IMG/VR virus record: IMGVR_UViG_3300017786_003484
Coordinates: 180,433-244,432 of that record
Strand: one strand, 5' to 3'
DNA length: 64,000 nt
Made by a program: the position numbers and the translations under genes. The notes under the pieces were generated by a model. That model searched no databases. It worked only from the letters and a program-made list of their open reading frames with translations, and was not told the origin of the DNA. Positions 9,220 through 17,803 of this stretch are shown piece by piece. The first letter of the stretch is position 1; every line of letters starts with the position of its first letter.

Positions 9220-10717
9220 AGCAGACGATCCAGTCGCTATGACTGGGCCAGTAACTGAATATAATATAACTGATGACGGATGGGCTCATGTACCTCTAGA
9301 TTTTACATTTCCGTTTCAGAATGGCTTCTATACATCTGCATTTATGTTTTCAAATGGTGTTGTTGGATTTATTGATCCATCAGTTCAACGAACATATGGC
9401 TTATGTTGTGATGGACAGAATATGTTAGATCCAACTAATACGTCAAATTATATCTATAACAACATTCAAACTAGACCTGGGCTTAATTTTAGTATTTTTG
9501 GGTTACATACAGACTTAATAAAATATTCAGGTAAAGGCGGTAAGTTTTATACTCAAGGAGATGAAAGTGGTATGCGATTCTTCTGGGAAAATATTAGTGA
9601 ATTCGGCCAGCCTAACAATCTCAACACATTTGATGTTGGAATATATCCATCAGGAAATATTCATATACACCACGAAGAAATTAATATAACAAATCATGAT
9701 GTAACAGTTGGTATCTCCGGTAACTTCACAAGTGATGTTGCAAACTATACACATTACTTTTATAAAAGAAGAACCAACGGAGGAGTGTTTTGGAATGGAA
9801 TAGGAGAAAGTCCTATTATAGTACCACAAGGAGGAACATTATGTGAAGCATCACCTATATCGCATACGTTTTGTCCCGGATATGCAACTGCCTTTGCAGA
9901 AGCAGAATATAACAATAGCTGTCTAGCAAACCCACAGTTTGACTCCGGCTGTCCTGGATACCAAACTCCGGTTGAAGTGACTCCAATAGTCGAAACAACT
10001 CCAGTTGATCCAACAGTTATAGAAACACCAGGAGTTGATTCAACAGTAGCAGATGTTATAGCATCTCCAGAGCCAATTGTTATTGCTCCAATTATAGTCC
10101 CAGAAGTTATTATAGAGGCACCAGTAACAGTACAAACAGATACAACTACATCCACACAAGCAGAAGAAATAATTGTACCAGCAACACCAGAGGAAACAGT
10201 TATAGCTGAAGTAGAAGCAGAATTAGCCACAGTAGAAACAGACGACAACGAATCGTCTGACTCTTCAAGCTCGCCAGCGGATAATTCCGAAGAGTCAGAC
10301 GAGCAATCATCTTCAACTCAAGAAAATGATAGCTCAGAAGAAGTAGCAGTAGAAGAATCAACTTCTACTGAAACAGAACAACCAAAAAAGCTCACTAAAA
10401 AAGAACGTAAAGAAAAATCTAAAAGAGATAAGATGAAAAAAATTATAACTAATAAACTTAAAGAATTAGCAAATGATATGGCTAGTGCCGCAACAATAGA
10501 GCAACAACAAGCGGTGCAAGCACAAATTAATGCTTTAATAAATTATGTACCAGGATTTAATGCTTATGGGCAACTAAGTATTCCGGGAGTTTCATTTTAT
10601 ACACCTGAACCATTGTATGTTAACAGGCGTATACCTGAAAATAATCGTGGGCTACTAAACGGTCTTGCAAGTCAAATTCTTCATGAGAAGATGGTAGACA
10701 TGCAATATAAGAAATAG
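9146..10717 (+). CDS. exported protein with nidogen(NIDO)-like N-domain and acidic low-complexity stalk
   Basis: Signal peptide; DDG..VPL.F.FPF..SNGVVGF pattern; CPGY repeats; Pro/Thr/Glu-rich linker. Confidence 0.6.
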   Translation: MITMTWLKAPLVVLVLLACSYSYSKADDPVAMTGPVTEYNITDDGWAHVPLDFTFPFQNGFYTSAFMFSNGVVGFIDPSVQRTYGLCCDGQNMLDPTNTSNYIYNNIQTRPGLNFSIFGLHTDLIKYSGKGGKFYTQGDESGMRFFWENISEFGQPNNLNTFDVGIYPSGNIHIHHEEINITNHDVTVGISGNFTSDVANYTHYFYKRRTNGGVFWNGIGESPIIVPQGGTLCEASPISHTFCPGYATAFAEAEYNNSCLANPQFDSGCPGYQTPVEVTPIVETTPVDPTVIETPGVDSTVADVIASPEPIVIAPIIVPEVIIEAPVTVQTDTTTSTQAEEIIVPATPEETVIAEVEAELATVETDDNESSDSSSSPADNSEESDEQSSSTQENDSSEEVAVEESTSTETEQPKKLTKKERKEKSKRDKMKKIITNKLKELANDMASAATIEQQQAVQAQINALINYVPGFNAYGQLSIPGVSFYTPEPLYVNRRIPENNRGLLNGLASQILHEKMVDMQYKK

Positions 10718-10730
10718 AAAGGGATTAGAT

Positions 10731-11237
10731 ATGAGCGAAGAAATAGATATAGCCGGAGTTAAAGTTAAAGCAGGCGGATCAATTGGTAAAATGTTTATGT
10801 ATGCCACAGCCGCTGGTGCAGTAATAGGTGCTCTTTATGGAGGATTTGAAGTATATAAAGATTATATGGATATGAAAGATAAAATTGCAAATTATACTGC
10901 TCCTGATTTATCCGGTTTAGATAAAAGAATTGAATTATTAAATAAAGCAGTTCGTAGTGCAGAAGATAGTGTAGAACTAGCTAAAGATTATACCAGAGAT
11001 ATTAAGAATGATCTAAAGCAAGATATTGATAGAATTGAACGTATTGTTGATAAGACTGAGCAACGAGTTAAAAAGTCTGAGGAAGATGTTAGAGAACTTA
11101 TAGATGTTGCAGATCAAAGGTTTGATACTAAAAGAGATCAACTTGCTACAGATACAGATCGTAAGCTCAGAAATCTACAATCAGAACTGAATAAGAAGCT
11201 ACAACGAGCTCTAGACAATCCACTTGCAAACAAATAA
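10731..11237 (+). CDS. single-TM coiled-coil protein
   Basis: N-terminal TM, heptad-rich body, ends LDNPLAN. Confidence 0.7.
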   Translation: MSEEIDIAGVKVKAGGSIGKMFMYATAAGAVIGALYGGFEVYKDYMDMKDKIANYTAPDLSGLDKRIELLNKAVRSAEDSVELAKDYTRDIKNDLKQDIDRIERIVDKTEQRVKKSEEDVRELIDVADQRFDTKRDQLATDTDRKLRNLQSELNKKLQRALDNPLANK

Positions 11238-11266
11238 AGCAAAAAAGTAACTTTTTTTGCTTTTTC
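11236..11266 (+). terminator. putative intrinsic terminator
   Basis: AAAGCAAAAAAG-TAA-CTTTTTTTGCTTT hairpin followed by Ts. Confidence 0.55.
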
Positions 11267-11277
11267 TTGCATTATTC

Positions 11278-11332
11278 GGTTGACCTTAACCTATACCCGT
11301 GCTATATTGTATAGACAATAAGGAATTAGGAG
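11278..11332 (+). promoter_or_regulatory. sigma70-type early promoter plus conserved leader
   Basis: TTGACC 11280-11285, N17, TATATT 11303-11308, ATAAGGAATTAGGAG 11318-11332. Confidence 0.85.
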
Positions 11333-11339
11333 AGCCACA

Positions 11340-11630
11340 ATGCAGTTACAAGAAGTTATTAATGCTATTAAAGTTTCAAGTTTTTCAAGTGAAGAATATA
11401 AGTCTGTTATAGATGCAGTTAATTTTGCTAGGTCACAAGCTGGTCAGCAAACTATTCGTCAGCTTCAAGTTGGTGATACTGTTACGTTTAACGGACGAAG
11501 AAATAAGTTAGTAACAGGTACGGTTGTTAAGATTAAAATTAAAAACGTTGTCGTTCTAGACAATGCAACTCAAACAAAATGGAATGTTCCTGCTTCGATG
11601 CTTAATTTAGTATCGTCAGCAGTCAAATAG
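11340..11630 (+). CDS. small protein with KOW/SH3-like C-terminal domain
   Basis: LQVGDTVTF..GTVVKI pattern. Confidence 0.6.
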   Translation: MQLQEVINAIKVSSFSSEEYKSVIDAVNFARSQAGQQTIRQLQVGDTVTFNGRRNKLVTGTVVKIKIKNVVVLDNATQTKWNVPASMLNLVSSAVK

Positions 11631-11636
11631 GTGCGA

Positions 11637-11713
11637 GGGCCTGTAGCTCAGCTGGATAGAGCGCCAGTCTACGAAACTGGAAGTCAGGGGTTCGAATCCC
11701 TTCAGGCCCACCA
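11637..11713 (+). tRNA. tRNA-Arg(ACG)
   Basis: Cloverleaf GGGCCTG/CAGGCCC, anticodon arm CCAGT-CTACGAA-ACTGG, GTTCGAATC, encoded CCA. Confidence 0.97.
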
Positions 11714-11935
11714 AAAAGACGTGGCGTTGATAGCGCCTAGTAGAGGCTAGCAGACTCTACGATGAGAAGGAGGTAACAACTCCAAAAAATATGCTCGATG
11801 GCAGTAGCCCGGCTAGGATCAAGTCGTTAGGTAGATAGATGAGGCTAGAGACCGGGTGAAAGCCCATATGGACTAGGGGTAGTACAGAGACTTAGGTGTG
11901 ATGTGCTATTTTGAAATTGAATCTGCCAGATCTTT
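11714..11935 (+). ncRNA. candidate structured ncRNA downstream of tRNA-Arg
   Basis: ORF-free, GC-richer; nested stems including GTAGAG/CTCTAC, GGAG/CTCC, TGGCAG/CTGCCA, AAGTC/GACTT and GGGT-GAAA-GCCC. Confidence 0.5.
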
Positions 11936-11966
11936 CCTAAAAAAAGTAAAAAAAGATGCATTAAAA

Positions 11967-12021
11967 GGTTGACCTTTGGTCCTATTTGTCGTATAGTATA
12001 AACATAATAAGGAACTAGGAG
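11967..12021 (+). promoter_or_regulatory. sigma70-type early promoter plus conserved leader
   Basis: TTGACC 11969-11974, N17, TATAGT 11992-11997, ATAAGGAACTAGGAG; upstream A-tracts. Confidence 0.85.
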
Positions 12022-12027
12022 AATACA

Positions 12028-12570
12028 ATGAATACATTAGTTAAACATATCGAAGCTCTTAACATTAAGACCCAGGAATGGGTAGATGCTGGTCCAGATC
12101 GTTGGGCAGGTATGTTGTCAACTGATGCCAAGCATTGGGCAGACTATGGTGTGTTTACACCTGCCCAATTGGACAGGTACTTAGATACACAGAGCTTGTA
12201 TGAGGTGATCTCTGATTGTGCTTCTAAGTCTTATGCTAGAGTTGAAATAGCAAGGCTTGAAACTGTTTCTGATGAGGAGTTTAAGAAGGAGCAAGACTAT
12301 TGGTTTGCTCAAAGCGAAATTGCATTCAATGAGGAGGTTGCCGCTAAAGCAGAAGCAGTAGCCAACTTTGAAGCCGAGGTTAATGTATGCCTCGAAGCTG
12401 GTGCTATTGATAGAGCAACTGCTCTACGTTGGATGACTGAAGGCGAAAGGTTCTATCATCCACACGATGTAGACCATTGGGTTTGGGATAAAGGTATTCT
12501 GTTTACACCTGAGGGTAAGGCAGTTTGTAAAGAACTAGAAGTTCTTATAGAATATGACGAGGTTGCATAA
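12028..12570 (+). CDS. early hypothetical protein
   Basis: Follows the promoter cassette; 180 aa. Confidence 0.75.
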   Translation: MNTLVKHIEALNIKTQEWVDAGPDRWAGMLSTDAKHWADYGVFTPAQLDRYLDTQSLYEVISDCASKSYARVEIARLETVSDEEFKKEQDYWFAQSEIAFNEEVAAKAEAVANFEAEVNVCLEAGAIDRATALRWMTEGERFYHPHDVDHWVWDKGILFTPEGKAVCKELEVLIEYDEVA

Positions 12571-12589
12571 CTAAAGGAGTTTAGAAGCA

Positions 12590-12832
12590 ATGGAACAAGT
12601 AGAAGTAATGCAAGATCATCCTTGCACATTTAATTATAATTTCCCTGTTGATGAATGGGGACGGATTGGAGGGCTTTATAGCCTTGCTGATGTTCCGGTA
12701 GTAGGACATAAGATTTTTAACCGTCAAGGTAAGATCCTAGCTCGAGATAAAGATCAAGGACTATACGAGGTTGAGGACAAAGAAAAAGGATGGACATTGG
12801 TTGTTCCAATGACTGAAGTAACAATTCTTTAA
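12590..12832 (+). CDS. small hypothetical protein
   Basis: AAGGAG SD. Confidence 0.7.
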   Translation: MEQVEVMQDHPCTFNYNFPVDEWGRIGGLYSLADVPVVGHKIFNRQGKILARDKDQGLYEVEDKEKGWTLVVPMTEVTIL

Positions 12833-12843
12833 AGGAGTTAACT

Positions 12844-13551
12844 ATGGGATCTTATTATAATCGATATCAGTCTCGTTCAAAAGGATATCAGTCTAGGAAC
12901 GGAGAGCCTATGATTGATATTATGACAGCATGGTCTTTAGTGGCTATGGCTGATCGTATTAATAAGCAGAAGTATGTTAAGCAAGACACAGATGATCAGA
13001 AAGCAAATCGTACTCTTATTGCACTAAGTTTAAAGCACGGTAAACCTGCAGTAACCAAAAAAGACGAAGAGTTTGGTGTTAAATTAGCAGATCATTTTGA
13101 ATACCTAGTTCTTAATTCTTTAATGGGAAAGCTCAATGAATTTGACAATAAAGTTCTTTCTATGATACAACAAACAGAAATAGGAGAACGTACTGGTTTT
13201 GCCTTGTTAGCATGTCTACCTGCTCGTTACCACAGAGAACTAACCAGAGAAGCTCTAAAAGAACAAGCAGACAAAATTGGTGTGCTGAGTAAGCACCAAG
13301 GTCAAGTCAATGAGAAGATTGAACGTACTGTTCGTCTACTTTCCAAGTACGAAGGTAAAACATTCGGAGGTAGTGTTGTTAAGGCAACTGATGGTGAAAA
13401 CTTGTACTTCTGGACTAGTAGCAGAGTAATTGAAGACTGGCCTGAGATTGGAATTGACTTTAAAGTTAAGGCTCGTGTCAAAGCACATAATTTTACAAGA
13501 GATGACGGTTGGCAAGAAACTCGGTTAACCAGGGTTCAGCCCTTATCATAA
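12844..13551 (+). CDS. hypothetical protein with possible C-terminal OB-fold
   Basis: AAGGAG SD; beta-rich end VKARVKAH..ETRLTRV. Confidence 0.6.
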   Translation: MGSYYNRYQSRSKGYQSRNGEPMIDIMTAWSLVAMADRINKQKYVKQDTDDQKANRTLIALSLKHGKPAVTKKDEEFGVKLADHFEYLVLNSLMGKLNEFDNKVLSMIQQTEIGERTGFALLACLPARYHRELTREALKEQADKIGVLSKHQGQVNEKIERTVRLLSKYEGKTFGGSVVKATDGENLYFWTSSRVIEDWPEIGIDFKVKARVKAHNFTRDDGWQETRLTRVQPLS

Positions 13552-13559
13552 CTATTAAT

Positions 13560-14132
13560 ATGAAAACAAATTTAAGTATTATCGGAGATATGTTCGAGTG
13601 GGAGGACGGCAATCCTAATAATGAGGATCGTACTGGACATTCAGTAATGTTGGTTGGAGAGAGACTAATACGTTCTGCTACTAAACAGGACATGGCTACT
13701 AAAATATTTGGTGTTATTGGTCCTAGTAATGATAATACTATGATTGTTGCCAATGCATGGGAACATGAATGGCATCATAAACATGCTAGAGATAAGTTTG
13801 GTCGCCAACTAATAGAAGAACAAACTTTAATGACATGGGTAAGAGATGGAAGACGTGAAACACATGAAGCTGATCGCTATCCAGAAGATTTAGTTATACC
13901 TGCTGATGTAGAATACTGGACACATATGCCAGGAAATCCAAAAAGATTAATGAGACCTGTACTATCAGAACGTTATCACGATGGTACACAAAGCTCAGGT
14001 GACTATGTGAGCAGACTCAAAAGAAACGAGTGGGCAGTCGTAGTTATATTAGGTGAAGTAGAAATACAAGAAGAGTCTCCTGCAAATACTTCTTGGGTGC
14101 ATATCCGAGATAATAGGTATTATATTAGGTAA
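13560..14132 (+). CDS. stand-alone Peptidase_G2-like intramolecular-chaperone domain protein
   Basis: MFEWEDGNPNNEDRTG.SV, GVI, W..K..RDKFGR, YVSR.KR.EW..V..LG.V.I; start moved to ATG 13560. Confidence 0.7.
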   Translation: MKTNLSIIGDMFEWEDGNPNNEDRTGHSVMLVGERLIRSATKQDMATKIFGVIGPSNDNTMIVANAWEHEWHHKHARDKFGRQLIEEQTLMTWVRDGRRETHEADRYPEDLVIPADVEYWTHMPGNPKRLMRPVLSERYHDGTQSSGDYVSRLKRNEWAVVVILGEVEIQEESPANTSWVHIRDNRYYIR

Positions 14133-14731
14133 TGTGGTTTTATAAGAATTGGAGGATTATAACGGAAATTCCTCAAACTATGTTAGACCCTATTATATGG
14201 CAATGCCTTCCAGCAAACTGGAATCACGAAAGCAATACAAGAACCGAACCTCCTTTAAAAGATGGCAAACTAATTGAGTTTGCATTTCCTATAAGAGATA
14301 GAGAAAAAGAACCAACAGAAGAACAGTATAAGATATTAGGTTCTTGTACAGAATTAACAGATTGGTTACTGTTCGAAGGCTATAAATGGATTCGAGGTGA
14401 GGTAGCAACTCTTATGCCAGGAGTCAAGTTAGGATGGCATGCAGACCCTCAATGGTTCCATGATCAATGCGTCCGTATACATGTTCCTATAATTACAAAT
14501 GAACATTGTGTGCAGTTATGGAAAGACGACAAAGAAGTAGAGTTTAACAAGCATATGCAGGTTGGCTATGCTTATGAACTAAACAATAGGGCTATACATA
14601 GTGCTTATAACGCGGGCAATGAACCACGTGTACACTTAGTATTAGATTGTATGGCAGAAGATGCTTGGAAACATGCATTAGAAAACAAGGTTAATGTTGT
14701 TGAAGTTATAGATGAGAATCCAAGTTACTAG
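14132..14731 (+). CDS. Asp/Asn beta-hydroxylase-like dioxygenase
   Basis: L.PG..LGWHAD, RIHVPI.TN, ELNNRAIHSAYN.G..PRVHLVLD. Confidence 0.85.
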   Translation: MWFYKNWRIITEIPQTMLDPIIWQCLPANWNHESNTRTEPPLKDGKLIEFAFPIRDREKEPTEEQYKILGSCTELTDWLLFEGYKWIRGEVATLMPGVKLGWHADPQWFHDQCVRIHVPIITNEHCVQLWKDDKEVEFNKHMQVGYAYELNNRAIHSAYNAGNEPRVHLVLDCMAEDAWKHALENKVNVVEVIDENPSY

Positions 14732-15288
14732 TCTTCTAACTTGGTATCCCAATACAAATAGTCCATCCACGTTTCATGTAAGTTATCTTTTAAGTTACCG
14801 AAACCATTACGATACAACTGCCAACGACTAGGTTCCACTGGTTCTTGTATAAGTTTCATAGTTATATCTTTTAAGAGGCTACCTCCCTTTGTTGTATTAC
14901 AAGGGCGACATGAAGCTACTACATTCTCCCAAGAAGTTTTGCCACCTAAGTGTTTTGGTTTAACATGATCAAAAGTTAGATTAACAGCAGTATGAGAAAT
15001 TCCACAATATTGACAAGTGAAATCATCTCTAAGAAATATATTGTACCTATTAAATTGTACATCTTGTGCTGGTTTTTGATAATCTTTTAATGCAATTACA
15101 ATAGGTAATTTCATCTCTACCTTTTCACTTCTAACCATAATATCATATTCTTCAACTACAATGACACGTTCTTTATATGTTGCTTTAATTACGTCTTGCC
15201 AGTTCATAATGGAAAGTGGGGTTGTTGATACAGGTTGGAAGTCAGCATTAAGAAGTAGGGCCGGGTGTGATGTTAGATGTTGTAGCAT
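14728..15288 (-). CDS. HNH endonuclease
   Basis: LLLNADF.P, RDDFTCQYCG, TFDHVKP..GG.TSWENVV.SC..CN..KG. Confidence 0.92.
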   Translation of the reverse strand: MLQHLTSHPALLLNADFQPVSTTPLSIMNWQDVIKATYKERVIVVEEYDIMVRSEKVEMKLPIVIALKDYQKPAQDVQFNRYNIFLRDDFTCQYCGISHTAVNLTFDHVKPKHLGGKTSWENVVASCRPCNTTKGGSLLKDITMKLIQEPVEPSRWQLYRNGFGNLKDNLHETWMDYLYWDTKLED

Positions 15289-15440
15289 CGGTTTCCTTTT
15301 CTGTATTAAATATATTTATCTGTGATAAGAGTTGGCAGTAGGTCATAGTGTGCTAAATACACTTGGAACATTTACGAAACATGTTTACCGTATACTGACG
15401 AGTATACAATGATATTTTATAACTTTAGGAGATTTAAAAT

Positions 15441-15737
15441 ATGTTCATAGTCACAGCAACAACTGTCCGACATAACGGAGACCACGCCTGGCACTCCCGT
15501 ACATTAGAATTTAGACAATATTTTGATGCTACTTATTGTCAAACTGGCCAAGTGAAAGGAATGATGAGTACATCTTCCGTTGATGGAAAGACAAGAGTCA
15601 CAGAAACAAAATGGGTTGATCAAGATGCATATGATGTATTCTTGGCAGATGAGAAGTACATTGCTATTATTGCAGAACGTACAGCCTATAACGAAGAAAA
15701 TTCTCATGATTTTTCAGTTGAAAGAAGGGTAGAATAA
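15441..15737 (+). CDS. small protein, RxAYNxE family member 1
   Basis: Own TAAATA promoter (15354-15359), AGGAG SD; S.DG.TR..W..QDAYD.F.AD..R.AYN.E. Confidence 0.75.
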   Translation: MFIVTATTVRHNGDHAWHSRTLEFRQYFDATYCQTGQVKGMMSTSSVDGKTRVTETKWVDQDAYDVFLADEKYIAIIAERTAYNEENSHDFSVERRVE

Positions 15738-15738
15738 A

Positions 15739-16047
15739 ATGGCACAAATGACAAGAAAAAACATTGAAGTAAGACCTAGTACAGATATTCCATTCTTTGC
15801 TCAACATTCTTTAGTCAACAAGGTAGCACTTGCTGAAGATAATTCAGTTAATGCAAAAAGCAGAGGCATCTTAGGTAAAGGTTACGAAGAATCAATGGAT
15901 GGTTTAACAAGAACTTCTATTACAATTTTCGCAACAGGAGCTGATAGAAGAAACTATCATGAAAGAGATTCTATCAAGGCTTTCCAAGACGCTCGCCAAG
16001 CATATAATGCAGAGCACGGAATTGCTTATTCTGAGGAAGACTTTTAA
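15739..16047 (+). CDS. small protein, RxAYNxE family member 2
   Basis: RPSTDIPFF..S.DGLTR..RQAYNAEHGI. Confidence 0.75.
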   Translation: MAQMTRKNIEVRPSTDIPFFAQHSLVNKVALAEDNSVNAKSRGILGKGYEESMDGLTRTSITIFATGADRRNYHERDSIKAFQDARQAYNAEHGIAYSEEDF

Positions 16048-16070
16048 TAACTATAAAAAATAATAATAAA

Positions 16071-16313
16071 CTAGAGGCGCTTTTTAGCGTCTCTTTTTTT
16101 GAGTTTGACAGTAAATGATCCACCGTCTAAATTCATGTTAACTTCTCTAATATGTTGATTGCTATTACACCACGATTCAAATTCTAATAACATTTGCCCT
16201 TTGCCTGTAATAACTTTAATAGACTTTCTATTATCATAATAAGCATTACTGATGGCATCTTTAAAAATATTCCAGCCTTCGTGTATTCTTATTCCATGTA
16301 AATCAACTACCAT
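16071..16313 (-). CDS. stand-alone Smr-domain protein
   Basis: VVDLHG and KVITGKG motifs, GGSF.V.L. Confidence 0.8.
   Translation of the reverse strand: MVVDLHGIRIHEGWNIFKDAISNAYYDNRKSIKVITGKGQMLLEFESWCNSNQHIREVNMNLDGGSFTVKLKKRDAKKRL
16073..16100 (+). terminator. intrinsic terminator
   Basis: AGAGGCGC-TTTTTA-GCGTCTCT followed by a T-run. Confidence 0.7.
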
Positions 16314-16545
16314 CGTCTTTGCGTCCTCCTGCTTCTATGTTATCTAAATTATTTTCAGGATCTTCACCTCTAGCATCCTCATCAATTCGTCTTCTCATTC
16401 CAGTATCTGTGAACATACTGGTTGCTATAAAAGTACAAGCGGCTAACATTGGTATTACATATACCATTTTTTCTGTGGAGTAGGCTACTAGGTAAGTTGG
16501 TATTATTACTATTAATGCTTTTACAAAGCCCTCACGAAGTGCCAT
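16303..16545 (-). CDS. small two-TM membrane protein
   Basis: Two hydrophobic segments; coupled to neighbours. Confidence 0.65.
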   Translation of the reverse strand: MALREGFVKALIVIIPTYLVAYSTEKMVYVIPMLAACTFIATSMFTDTGMRRRIDEDARGEDPENNLDNIEAGGRKDDGS

Positions 16546-17803
16546 CTACAAATTTATCCAATCTATTCTGTATATATTCACGAGTTTGTTTTTCGTCTAT
16601 ATACATTGTCTCATATTTATTAGTAATACCAAACCTTGCATTGGGTCTTTGATTAGTTTCTACATTTGACACATTTTGCCTACTATAAAGTAAACCTACA
16701 TTTTCTATTTTTAACTTAAACATATAATAAGAATCATTGTTATCCAAATCATAAATGTAATCTCTGGCAACTTGCTTATATGTTGCGGCTGAACTTCCGA
16801 TCTTATCTCCGTTATTATTGTTACACATAGCCCATACTTGATAATCATCATTATGATACCAGTTAATAATTTTATTATCCGCAGTTTTTACATCAACTGT
16901 ATCATTAAAGTATACCATACCACGTTTTGCACAATTTGCATATTTTATATTAAAGATATACCACCAAAAGAAATCATGTAAACTGTTTATTTCAACTGGT
17001 GATGTCTTAGCATGTAAATCGAGTTTGTTATAGAACCTTTCTCCGAATCCTTCGGTAGGCAATTTAACACCGGTAAAAGGATAACCTTGTCTCTTTGGTA
17101 TTGAGAAATATAATATTAATAGGTCTTTAAAAGTACTATAAGGAACATCTGGATCAGTTACATATTTAATTTTATTTTCTATACTGGCAATACTATTACT
17201 ACTTAGACTATTTGTATACTGTTTCCATGTATAATATAATTGACTAGCAAAGGTAGTACCGAATAAACAATCTCCAGTATCTCCTGTAATAGGAAGGTAT
17301 CCTTCGTTAATTAAGTCATCATACTTGTTAAAATTTGCATCAATAATTTTAAACTTTCCTTGTATATATTCTTGCCAGAAGATAGGATTGTTTATAATAG
17401 CAGAAGACGTAGTGCATATTGCTATGTCTTTAAGATATTTTACTCCTATGTTTTTAATTAGTGAGCATAATATTAAAGTGGAATCAATACCACCTGAATA
17501 CATGACAGCATACTTGTTTCCTTTTCTTATACCATTGAGTATATCCATAGCACGATTATCAGTAATATCTTCAAACGTTTTGTTAAACTTTGGATCATAC
17601 TTAGGCATTTCTAATCCTGGCCAAACTTCTTCTTCCCAAGGAGTAGTCCATGTTGCTTCACATCGACTTGAAAGTCTATTTGGATTTAAACGTCTAGCTA
17701 TATCAATATAAAAACGGCCATCTTCATTAGTTCCGTGCCATGCATCAACCCAAAATTCATTTTGATAACCATTAAAAACAGTATTTGTTAAGATAGTTTT
17801 CAT
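16532..17803 (-). CDS. asparagine-synthetase-like PP-loop protein lacking glutaminase domain
   Basis: YSGGIDST, TGDTGDCLFG, DFFWW. Confidence 0.75.
   Translation of the reverse strand: MKTILTNTVFNGYQNEFWVDAWHGTNEDGRFYIDIARRLNPNRLSSRCEATWTTPWEEEVWPGLEMPKYDPKFNKTFEDITDNRAMDILNGIRKGNKYAVMYSGGIDSTLILCSLIKNIGVKYLKDIAICTTSSAIINNPIFWQEYIQGKFKIIDANFNKYDDLINEGYLPITGDTGDCLFGTTFASQLYYTWKQYTNSLSSNSIASIENKIKYVTDPDVPYSTFKDLLILYFSIPKRQGYPFTGVKLPTEGFGERFYNKLDLHAKTSPVEINSLHDFFWWYIFNIKYANCAKRGMVYFNDTVDVKTADNKIINWYHNDDYQVWAMCNNNNGDKIGSSAATYKQVARDYIYDLDNNDSYYMFKLKIENVGLLYSRQNVSNVETNQRPNARFGITNKYETMYIDEKQTREYIQNRLDKFVDGTS

Noticed and set aside
11835-11865. GATGAG...GAAA as a hammerhead ribozyme, or the region as RNase P/tmRNA
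   Set aside because: No CUGAnGA core, no RNase P conserved regions and no tRNA-like T-arm
14728-15288. HNH gene as an intron-encoded or mobile element
   Set aside because: Free-standing with its own promoter; neighbouring genes are intact and no intron structure was seen
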